From NCBI RefSeq assembly GCF_964204865.1, contig NC_135255.1, positions 9,610,001-9,674,000 on the forward strand: a stretch of DNA of 64,000 bases, written 5' to 3'. Below the pieces are notes generated by a model. The model did not search any database. It saw nothing but the letters and a program-made list of their open reading frames with translations, and was not told the origin of the DNA. Below are positions 28,629 through 39,981 of this stretch, piece after piece; the first letter of the stretch is position 1; each line of letters starts with the position of its first letter. A program made the position numbers and the translations under genes. Source of the DNA: Styela clava (Eukaryota).

Positions 28629-30632
28629 TACCGTTTTTGCTCGTTTTATAGCCCGGGCCCATATTTTTTCAACCAACTCACTAACCGGGGCCTTATTCAA
28701 ACCTGCCCTTATTCAAGCATGGGCGCTTGTTATTTTCGATCGTTACAATAAATAATAGATAAAGTTTTGCGACGCCCTATCAATGTTGAAACGAGACACT
28801 TGGGCGTCGCGACGCCCAGTTTGAGAACCATGGTGTTAAGTAATCAGCCGCGCAGCCAGGACTTTCAAAAGGGTGGGGTTTCAAAATCGGATATTCCAAT
28901 TACCGTGTGTAAGTACGTGCTCGTTAAAAGAGTCGCCTTTTCAGCGTATAATGATTTTTCTGTTGCTTAAATTATTCAATCCATGACAACTACGAATTTC
29001 GAAAATGTCCTCATATATATATTAATTTAATTGTGTCCAATGTAACTAGCGTTTGCGACTTCTCACGTCAAAATAAAAATATTATTCCTCTAAAATACCA
29101 TGGCTATCTGTGAACATAAAAATATGAGATAAGCTGACTGATGTATTCAATTTTAATACGTAATTTTGCAATCTTGCGAACTCGTTATAGCCGATAGAAA
29201 AATCTTAATATCTGTTATAAAATCCGTGTAGTACAAATTTACTTCATACAATGAAAATACATATAAAGTAGGTTATATCAGTAAATCAAATACACATATT
29301 CACCCGCCTTCACCGCCTCGAAATCCACGTCAAACCGTCGCAGCGGTAACACCACTTGTTGAAAGAGCCGATTTTTTTTAACGAAAAATGAATTTTCTGT
29401 TGTGCAAAGTAATCAATCCATGACCGGTACGGGCATATTTAAAATGTCTTGCTTTATTAATTTAATTGTCATCAATTTAAACTGTGGTTGTGTCGACAAA
29501 ACAAGAGCCACTCTAAACCACCACGGCATTCCGCGGGCATAAAAATGTGTGATAAACTGCCCGATTATATATTGTTTTGATCCGTATTTTTGCTTTTTTG
29601 CAAATTCCACAAATTGTGTACTTGTAACACTGACTCCTTTCAATCCCAATGCTGCCACTCCGATTATTTTTAAAGATAAAACGTTCTGAAAAATCCGTAA
29701 TTCTGCTTTAAAATCTCACGGATAAATTTTATTTCAGTACAATAAATTTTGTTCGAATGTACTTTATAGAAAATTTATCTTATACATCATCACAAACCGG
29801 GAAAAGTCGCGTTCTCAACCTTGTTTAATGTTAACACGAACATTTGCGACAACAATTTTAAAGTAATGGATAACGAGGTAAATCCCGCTCACAATTCATC
29901 GTGTTTCGATTCTAGTGACGATATGTTCTAAACGCGGAGCGAACACAATGTATGCCATAGGCAGACGAAATTTTACGATTTTCAATGCCTAGAAAAGCGT
30001 TTTTAGACTGTCGCGGGCCTCAACAACACTTGTTTACGGTTTTATTTTCAGTATTTAATATTGCCGCTTCTCAATCGAACAATTTAGGTCGTGGATTTAT
30101 TCATTGATTTGTCTTTAGTTTAGAATCTCGCCGCCGATGAACGTATAATAAGTCTCACCGGATGCACAATTCCGTGCGAGTAACAAATAAAATATATAAT
30201 TGTAATCGTGGTACAAATTTGTGATTTAGAGACAATAAACGTCAACGTAAAGGCGTTTATGGCCTAAATACACGTCACAACGATGAAAACATTCGGCGGT
30301 TTTAGCAAAAGGCAATCGTACGTTGGCAAAAACAGCGTTTTTTCCCCGAGTCGAGGGCTGAATTACCATCAATAATTGCGTTTATTTGTCATCCAGGTCT
30401 GGGAGCCATTCACAAATTAACAAAAACTGCAAATTACATTTCGAAAATTCAACAATTCAACAGCGTTGTGACAAAGGCGCTTCTTATTTCCTATTGTTCT
30501 CTACCGCTGAAAAATCAGCTTTTACATCGGGCGGGTATTCAAGCACCGGCCCTTATTCATTAATATGTCCTGTTTACACGGGCGGCTATTCAAACGGGCC
30601 CCCTAATCAATATCGGGCGTTGAAACGAGCAT
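28629..30632. mobile_element. Degenerate Tc1/mariner-pogo-like element with nested MITE fragments
   Basis: TACCGTTTTTGCTCGTTTTATAGCCCG left end versus CGGGCGTTGAAACGAGCA right end, with shared (C/G)TATTCAA subterminal repeats. A weak CENP-B-HTH-like peptide lies at 29413-29658. Absent from duplication unit B. Confidence 0.55.
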
Positions 30633-30879
30633 AGTTATGTCAACATTCACAGTTTATTGACTAAAATCTGGGAGGGAATCCATAGGAGAGTCGCACGCGA
30701 ATGGCGGAAGTTGACCTCAGTCGCCTTGTATAACCCAAATATGGCATCTCTATATTGTTACCATTCTCGAGAAATACCCTAAAATCCCCGGGGCGTGACT
30801 GTGGAGAAAAAGAATTATTTCCCCCCAAAATTAAATTATAACCTTTGCCCAACCGTTTCAATGTCTTCAAATTCCGAAT

Positions 30880-33800
30880 GAAGCCTCTCTGAGGCCTGCA
30901 CTAATAGTCCGGCAGATGAGGGACCTTTTTGGGTCCAACCTTGTTTTCAGACATAAAGTTTTTTTTATGTGTGATTATTCATCTTGGGGTTATTGCCCAT
31001 CATTTCTACATGGGTGTGGAGTTTGCAACCTTGAGCAATTATTTTTACGGCTTGATATTTGTATTAGTGTTTTTCATCAAATCTCTGTACCATAATGGCG
31101 CACAACCTGAAACCTATCCTGTTACAATACTATGTTCAGGTTGTGCGCCATCTTGGTGCACAAATTACGGAAGCACCAAATTTACTAGGAAATAAAAATC
31201 AATAACTTTTAGGTATTTTTTGAACCCAGCTTTGGGTCGCGACCCATATATATGGAAATACTGTTGAAACATACGCGTAAAATAAAGAGTACTATTTCAA
31301 AATACCCGCTTTTGTTGCAATTAACAATACAAGCCTGCTAATGCAGTCGGCAGTGGTTCAAGTGGATATACACCCCGTGGAAAACAGTCAATTATTTGCT
31401 AGCAAGGATTGTTATGCAGCGATTGATGATCACGACGATGCAGTGAAAGATAATGCTATCACGAGAACAAGAATGAGAAAATTGCTACATGTCATAGTAT
31501 ATCCCTGGGAAAGAATGTAGTTCATTCTTATGCTCCATGCCAATGCTTTTCAAACTACCAAAGACTTTCAACACTTTTGCTTCTTCTCTTCTATAAAAAT
31601 ACATTGTTATTATATATTCTCATTTCCATCTGTTTGTTCGTGCTCCCAGATAACCGATCAGTGGCCTCCAAGGAGGCCGTGGTCCCCTCTTTAGGAAACC
31701 CTGTCATAAACTATGAGAGGCTACCGTGCTTCTCTTGCCTGTTGTCATGCTGTCCCTCGAATTCAGCTACAACAAAAAAATTCACGAAAACGGGTTTTAG
31801 ATTTTATGATTTCATTATCATTCTCGACAATGAATGATATATATACGGTGAATTAATTGTGGTTGTTGGGGATGTTTCAAAAAAAAAGGTTGAATGGAAA
31901 AATGATTTGACGAAATGTCAAGGTTTGAAAGAAGTGGAAAAAATACTCCCATGTGTTCTTCATTTGATAACCACGCCACAGAACTTCTCCGATATATATA
32001 CGCAGCAATTGCGAGAGGCAGAAATGCCAAGGTGGGATTTCATCGCATTGCAAACTAATATTAGCGATTCTCAGATATATTCGCGCATTCCCATCTGAAC
32101 AGCGTGGAAAAGATTATACCTATCTACACACTTGAAAAACTATGTCAGATGAGCGTCATATTATTGAATATCAGTAAAGGAATAGTGCAATGGGAAAAGA
32201 CATATAAGGCGTAACTTTCAGTAATATGCATCAAATAATCTTATTGGGGAATATATATTTAAAAACATTTCGTCACGCCAACCGCAGTCCGAAACTTTTT
32301 GTCTCTGGCTGAGCTTAGATACCAATTAGCACTCATGTAAACTGGTAAGAGGCACGCGATGGAGCAGATGATATGAGTATCCCATCCCCCAGCTGTCATT
32401 TAGGTAGTTACTGCTGTTTTTATTGCAGATGATACTGATTTTTTTGTATTTAAGATTTACTGGCATCACCGATTTAAGGATGTCAAGTGATGGATATAAA
32501 TAAACCATTTGAAAACCAACACGCAGAATTACAAAACTTACTTCCAACACGCGGTTTGAATGAGTGAAAAGCTGAAACTAGTATTCTTTAAAACAGCATA
32601 CAAATTCTATGGAATGAAATCATACACAAAAGCTCGTCAAAAACCTATAGCTCAATAAACAAGTGGAATTTGATGCTTGTTCGCAAAAATGTGCGCGTTA
32701 CTACGTACAACCCAAGCACGCAGGAAAATGTGTGTGATGTACTAGTGATCAAAATGTTTGACTCAACTATTTTGGCATAACAGGTGCACATCTCGGTTTC
32801 GCATATGCATACTTCTATCCCCACAAGGATATCTTAATTTGGCCAAAGTCAATGATAAACCTGAAAGGTTACGGTTCTTCCAAAAGAAAACACGTTACAC
32901 ATCGTTAGATACCAGTGGATGGTTTTATATGGCCTTGTTCGGAGTAAAAGACGAGGTCGAATATTCCAATCCATTTCAACTAATAAAATATTTCCGAAGT
33001 CCCTAAGATTTGAGCAGGAAAAGGAAATGCCCGCAGCAACACAAATGTAGTTTGACGAGCGCAAAAGAAAGTGGCTAAATGCTGTCGATGGATCTTGGCT
33101 TATATTAGTGAAATAAACTATCATTTATTCTACTAAAATTGAATTTCTGACATTGTAAGGAGATGCAATGTTACTATGTATTCAAAACTAACCCATGTAA
33201 TTATAAAATAATTGTTTTTAACGAAAATGTGCTCCCGAAGTATTCGTCCCAAGATGGCGCACAACCTGAACATTGCATGTGTACCAGGCAGGGTTGCCAG
33301 ACCCCAGCGATCAAAAAAAGCCAAATCAAGACATAAAAAAAGCCAGAAAAAGCCAACAATTTTACTAAGTACAAAAGCCCCATGATTTGTCAGATTTTAA
33401 GCCCTTGGCAACGTACTGATGATGATGTAGAGCCATCAGTTCATTCAGTGAGGCACACGAATTAAAAGTAAAGTTCCTATAGAACTGAAGAAAGTAAAAT
33501 AAATATCAAACGGACAGCATTATTTTACCATTCTGTCAGGATGTAATATACCTACATGTTTCTACCCAAAATTGTGATATACCTCAAAAAATTCTTCCTA
33601 TATCGTAATTTACGATTGAAAATTTTTTCACTTTTAAAATTTATAAACCATCAATTTTATTGAAAAATTATTTAACCCCCTGCCGCTCACAGGTGGACCA
33701 CTGATATCTAATTCAGTAATTTTAGCGTAGTTAATCACATCGTTACTGCAATTGCAGAATTAAACTAAAGCTCACATAAACCATATCAGGCATAATGAAA

Positions 33801-34400
33801 ATTAAGTTACACAACTATTTTATTTTTTGGAAACAGAACGTAAAACTGACAAATAACACGCAACACTATAAAAACGAGGCAATGTTTACAACCCTGCTTG
33901 AACATCTGTCTGAGCAGCTGCAGAAACTGCAATTATTTCTTATTGCGTATGGTTAAGAGTTAATGTAACAAACAAGGAAATCGATGCTCCAGGAAATCCT
34001 AATGTTAATTAAGTAGCTAATAAGTACAAGTAATAGACTATTGTTCAGTAGACACTAGAATAGACTTGAAAAAAGCCAAAAAAACGCCAAAAAGCCAAAC
34101 GGAAATTCTGACGCCAAACGCGTTTGAAAAAAGCCAAAAATGGCAAATTTGGCGTTAAAAAAGCCAATATGGCAACCCTGGTACCAGGTTAGGATTCAGG
34201 TTGTGCGTCATTTTGGTACAAATACTTTAAATCCATTTAAAAAAAATTGCTCAACATTATATACTCCACACTCACCTGGGTATCATTATTTATGGCATCT
34301 ACATTATATCTAAACAATAAAAAACAATAAAAAAAACTTTATGTCCCAAAACAATGTTAAAGCCCGATTCTGTCGGACTATAAGCCTACTGCAGAGTTAC
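30880..34400. repeat. Two inverted ~300-bp arms of one repeat family (30880-31180 vs 33225-33288 plus 34181-34400)
   Basis: Both arms contain the hairpin ATGGCGCACAACCTGAA..TTCAGGTTGTGCG(C/T)CAT and the block ...GACATAAAGTTTTTT in opposite orientations. Confidence 0.7.
33289..34180. mobile_element. hAT non-autonomous element
   Basis: TIR CAGGGTTGCCA / TGGCAACCCTG, perfect TSD GTACCAGG (33281-33288, 34181-34188), AAAAGCCAA subterminal arrays. Confidence 0.92.
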
Positions 34401-34489
34401 CGAGATGGCCAAAAAAATTTTTTTTTGGTAATTAAAAATGGGTATGCTATGTTATCGCTATCACTTTTGTCCAAGATTATGCTAATAAT

Positions 34490-35010
34490 GCAGCGGTTTC
34501 CGGCATCATTATATTGCCTCGTGTAGGCGAAGATGTTGTTTCCGTCTGTGGAAAAGAAGGCGGGATATTCAGGTAAGTCGTTACTTGGACGTCTTTCCGC
34601 ACTCGATGTACGCCACTCTTGCATTGCTGGACTATTCGATCTTGGAATTAATTTTCTTGATCATTTTACATATGAATCGTGTGTTTTTGGAAATTTTCTC
34701 TTGAATTTGAACAAAAATACACACAAAATGATTGCACCTGAACTAGTTTTCTGATACGGGTGCATAAATATTTCTTGCAAGTTACTGATCCAGTCCAACA
34801 ATGCGTTGTTAGTTTTCGGAATCGTGCTTTAGTTCCCTCGTGCGAATATGATGTTCTTAACGGGTGTCTCAAAATTATCGTGTCCCACTTGAATAGATGC
34901 TTTCACTAGTCATCTGACCAAAGTACTATATCTATCCCAACCCATAACATAGAAGGGGTCCCATTTCATATTCTCACATTATTTATTTGCCGCACAATAT
35001 ACATTTGCAA
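34490..35010 (-). pseudogene. Duplicated, decayed copy of the TRIM terminal exon and its upstream intron
   Basis: Aligns to ~40080-40670 ([17 protein letters not shown]) with an internal deletion, an altered acceptor and 3' truncation. Confidence 0.82.
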
Positions 35011-35933
35011 ACATTACGTCTGACGAATAATACACAAAACTACCAAAAAAAAAGCATTATTTACAATTTACATTATAACCACGCTCGAATATCTGTCTGA
35101 TCGAAAGAAGTGGCGGAACGACGGAATAAATTGTAATTGTTACGTCATTGTTAACTTATTGCTGAATTGTAATTATTATAAAAATAAACAAGGAAATCGA
35201 TGCCAAGAAAACATACATTGTTCGTTTTATTGTTAACTTTGTTGCTGTTATCGTTTTTGCTGCTGTGAAAAATGCGCTTCTTCTGACTAATGGACAAACC
35301 AATTTCTAAGTTCACTACTCAAAAAATCGTCAGAAGGCTATTATTACCAATGCTTCAATTTTCGTCCGAGTCATATTAGACCATTTATTTTACTCAATCT
35401 TTTGCTGTTTCATTAGTTAGAAGGGAACATAAAGTTCGTTTCCGCGCAATACTTGCATGACTTATAAAATATGTTGGTTAATTTGTTTGAAGCTATTTTG
35501 TACATCACACAGAAACAGGTATTAGAGCTTTAGTAGCCAAAGGCAAAGTGACTGACATGTTTGCTTTGTTTGATAAAACTAGTTGTTATTTTGGAAATGT
35601 ATTAGGATTGAATAACATACTGAGTCAATAAGGACGATTCATAAATAAATTGAACACCCAGTTATGGCCGTCGTAAAGTATCTTGCTTGTGTTGGAATTG
35701 AGCAGTTGACGTGTGAAATTCTATAAAAGGCCACGTATTCTATAGAATACTTAATAATAGAACTACAAAAAAGCTAAAAGTTAGGACTGACGCTAATTAG
35801 AACACGTAAGCAAATGAAAAGTTTTATACTGTATTCAAGTAATCATGTTTATCTTGTATAAAGGTTGATGCGTTTTTATTATACACATGTGGATTACTTC
35901 TAATTATCAAATGTCCATGATCTGAATGTCTCG

Positions 35934-37705
35934 TTATATCTTTGGTCGCAACTTCATGACGGTTTTTTTCATTGAGTAATGCCCGTTGTGGCGCCATTTT
36001 TCCCACTCTACTCCATTCTCAGGACCGCTATATGCTCCACCGACATGGTACTGCCCATTCAAATTGGAATAATCACAAGCTCTAAACCACCATCCGCCAC
36101 CGTTATCTGAAGCGCAATTACCGGAATGTTGATCATTGTCCTGATCCGGAGTTGAAAATTTGTTATCATTGTGGTACGACAAGCTGTCACCTGCTGTTCC
36201 CGAGAAACCACTGACAGACAGGCGATATTTTGTTTCAGCACTCCCAAGAGCGAAAGATCTGAAAAGCAAGCGTGAAGGATGTTTAAAAATAAAAAGTATT
36301 AAAACGGTGTGAAAATTTAATAAACATTTAATTGCCATTCTAAAAAAAAAACAATTCGCTAATCGCTAACGTACAAATAGAAGACAGGCATAGATCGATT
36401 GAACTGTCGTGTCTGAGATATTTGGCCGGCAACTTCTGGTTGGATTTATATTGGATATTTAAATCAGCAAGAAGTAATGGGAATGACTTAACTTACCCGT
36501 ATTCGGCATATCTAGTTTGTCCGGCCCAGTCGGTCAACTCTATTTTTAAAATGTAATTTGCAGTTTGCGTTAATTTGTGAATGACTTCCAGACCTGGGTG
36601 ACAAATAAACGCAATTAATGATGTTTATTCAGCTCTCGACTCGCGAAAACAACGCTGTTTTTGCCAATTTTATTATATCAATTGATATATATATAGGCTT
36701 ACCATACGTCCCGATTTAGGCGGGACAGTCACGCTTTTCAATGTCTTGCCCCGGTGTCCCGATAGGTCAGCCAAATGTCCCGCTTTGGCGTTCAACCAGT
36801 CAGCATAATACACGAATAAAACCAAATAGAATGTTCTTGATTCTGCTGTTGCTGTGTAGCGTACCGTTAGCCTTCTTATTGGAAGTGGGTTTGGGTTTTG
36901 TTCGTTTCGTTTGCTACGTGTAAGCCCCGTACGCCAAAGGGGTGCTTAACGTTAACGTAAATTTATTTATACTTTTCGAACTGAAACGATATTCAGACAG
37001 ACAGCGCATGAACTTTAGATTACAATATGGTCAATGAAGACGCTCGGATGGTTTTGAATGTAGACCCCAGTGTAACACTTGAAGGTGCAAAAATCACAGC
37101 TATGATCTTTGGAGGCGTCCCGCTTCGAGATCAAAAAAATATGGTGACCCTATATATATATTATAGTTCCGAGATTTTGGAATCCGAAATTACAAGACAA
37201 TGATATTAATTCAAAATGCAACTCTTGTTCCAACTCTATATATAGCAAAATCGCTATATTCCGACCCAAATGTCCTTTTGTGTAAAACTATTTATTTTTC
37301 TGCAAACTATTTATTCTTTAGCTTTAAAATTAATTTAAATCCTTTACCTAACCAGAATTCTCCATTTCTATTTCCAAATCCTGCTACATAGTCCGCCCAA
37401 TTCCTATTAAAATCTACCGAACCGTCTTGTCTTCTTTGAATTACCTAAAAAATTGGTTGTTATTGAATTTTATCAGAATATTTTTATCTGAATTTATGTT
37501 GTAAATCAACGGGTTCCATGGTAGATCGAATCGTTTCGTAATATTTTCAAAGACTTTCACTCTCTCCAATCGATGAGGAGTAATTTTATAGATTTTATAT
37601 ATACATATAGTTTAAAACGTTCACTTCCACCGTTTTGGAAGTGTGAAGAGGAGTAATATGCTACTATACATTAGGTATCCAGCATTACGTTATCTACTAC
37701 AATTA

Positions 37706-37755
<50 letters not shown>

Positions 37756-38586
37756 AATATGTACTCACCGTCCACTTGTTACCATCAGTGGAAATATCGC
37801 AATAAACTTCGTACTTGTTTATATCAGGAAAAATATCAAGAACTCCACCATTGTTGTTCCAAGTTTTTGCCTCTTCATTTGACACCTCGCTGCAGTCGTG
37901 GCGCAGGTGCTTGCCTAGCTCTGTTAAATTGTTGAATATATGTTTCATGTTATATATTTTTTCAAAAATCAGTTATATCAAAAAGCAGAATTTGTAAATA
38001 AAACTATAATTTGAAACATAAACAAACCATATTTGAATTCTTCCTTTGCAACTTTTCCATTTAGCAGTGCGTCATATTTTGATAATTTTGCATCAATTCG
38101 ATCTTCTATCTCTGTTATGAAATATATTTATGTAAAAACTTGGCATCCAAAGAAGGTATATATTGGTTCGAACATTTACTCATATTCGAATTCAATAAAA
38201 ATTTCGTTCTCGACTTCAGCAATCAACTACGTTATAACTATAATTTAATGAATACCAAATAAACGCAAATTAAAATCGAGCCAAATTAAAATCAAATCAT
38301 GTTTACGTGCGTTTGAAAATGACATAAAAGCACCTCGAAACTTTGTTTCTAACTTTTCTTCAATGGCAGTGTAGTTTACCGCAGCAGGTTCTCCTCGATC
38401 ACCCTTTATGCCTTGTGGTCCTGCTTTTCCGACTCTTGGGGGTTGAAACGTAGGTTCTATTCCGTCTGGACTCTGGTGGAAGCAAAGCTGATTGACTTGT
38501 GAACAAAGTTCACCTGCTGTCCGACAAATATCACCATTTACGAAAGCAAACACGCTGTATAGTACCGGTGCAAACCGCGGTAACAT
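35934..38586 (-). CDS. Ficolin-like fibrinogen-related protein (FReD), copy B, 6 exons, ~335 aa
   Basis: Exons 38586-38334, 38111-38028, 37920-37769, 37444-37348, 36593-36497, 36258-35934. Exon lengths are identical to copy A (253/84/152/97/97/325) and the frame is intact. Confidence 0.92.
36694..37152. mobile_element. hAT-like MITE inserted in a (TA)n run in ficolin B intron 4
   Basis: TIR TAGGCTTACCATA / TATGGTGACCCTA with GTCCCG subterminal repeats, flanked by (TA)n. The empty site is seen in copy A at ~25630-25647. Confidence 0.85.
37709..37752. repeat. (TA)n microsatellite
   Basis: About 22 TA units in ficolin B intron 3; unexpanded in copy A. Confidence 0.95.
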
Positions 38587-39981
38587 CTTGACATAGGTGC
38601 TTCTGTAGATATATTTGTCCTCACTTGAAAATAATACGCTTGATTAAAAAAATAGATTATGTGAAGATAGCGAATTGATCATTAATTTTTGAGTAAGCGA
38701 GATCTAATCATCAAATAGCCTACAAATTCCTATCAAACACAGTGAAAATTTACGCTTAACATGAACATTATTTTGTGAAGTTATCACACCTTGATTCCGA
38801 ACAAGTCTCTAAATATACAGTCACTACAATTCTGATATTGATAACTGCACCCTTGAATTTCAAAAATGTTGACCTTTCTTTGATGATGTTTTGCTACTTT
38901 TGCGAATAAAATGACGTTTGCGATTTCAGGTGCAATTAAATATTTGCCAACTTCGATGAATTGATATTGCTTCCTTGATAGCTCTTGTCAGCAAGAACTT
39001 TTGTTTTCAACAATATATATAGTCCTAAATATAGTTTGATAAGAATGACAAAAAATGGTTTTCGGTGACTGACTAGAAGTTTTGTGCGTCGGAATGAAAA
39101 TATGGAACTTTTTGGAATTCTTGCAACATTTATTTTTGCAAATTTTAACTACCGAATGCTTTAAATCTGCATGACTAAGAACTTACAGAATATACACAAT
39201 CTTCATGACGCAGCATAAAGCACTTCGCCTAAAGTTCGTTTTGGCAATTTGATAAATTGTACAAATATATATATATTGGTATGTTGCGAATGATACAATT
39301 ATATATAGATATTGACCTGCAAAGTTCTGAAAATTACGAGTTGTAAGTGGGTATAATATTACGGACTGATCACCTCTCAAATGGCAGTTACATTCATAGC
39401 TTATTGATCAAAACCTGTTTCATTGAATCCAGTGGAAGTCGCACCTACGGCGCGACCCCCAAGCGGAAATGTAGGGGAAAGATTCGAATGAAATACAAAG
39501 TGTACGCTCGTTAGGGGTAGATAAATGCATGCGAATCGTTGCACAAAAAATGGCGGAAATTGACCTCGGTTCCCTTGTATAACTCGAATATGACATCTCT
39601 ACCTGGTACCATTCTCGAGATATGACCTAAGTTTACAGGACCTTGACTGAGGAGAAAAAATATTCTTTTCCCAACCATTTCAATTTTACATGAGATATGC
39701 ACTAAGCCGACTGGAGGGGTCCAAAATTTTTTTTTGTTCGAAATGAATATGTTATCGCTTTCGCTCTGACTTTGTCTAAGATGATGAACACTTGCTAATT
39801 TACACAACTTTATTCTCAATATAAAGAAAACATCAAAATTACAAAGAAACGAAATAAAAATCAGACACTTCCTTCTGTACATAAATTATATAGTTAATTA
39901 GGCACTCGAGAGTCGACACACAATGACTTGGCTTATTTTAGGCTCTGGGCAATTAAAATTACAGTTCCGTAAGGGCACAAC

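Noticed and set aside
32849-32990. BIR-like peptide (ERLRFF...SGWFY...DEVE)
   Set aside because: It lacks the Cys/His zinc ligands and the similarity is too weak.
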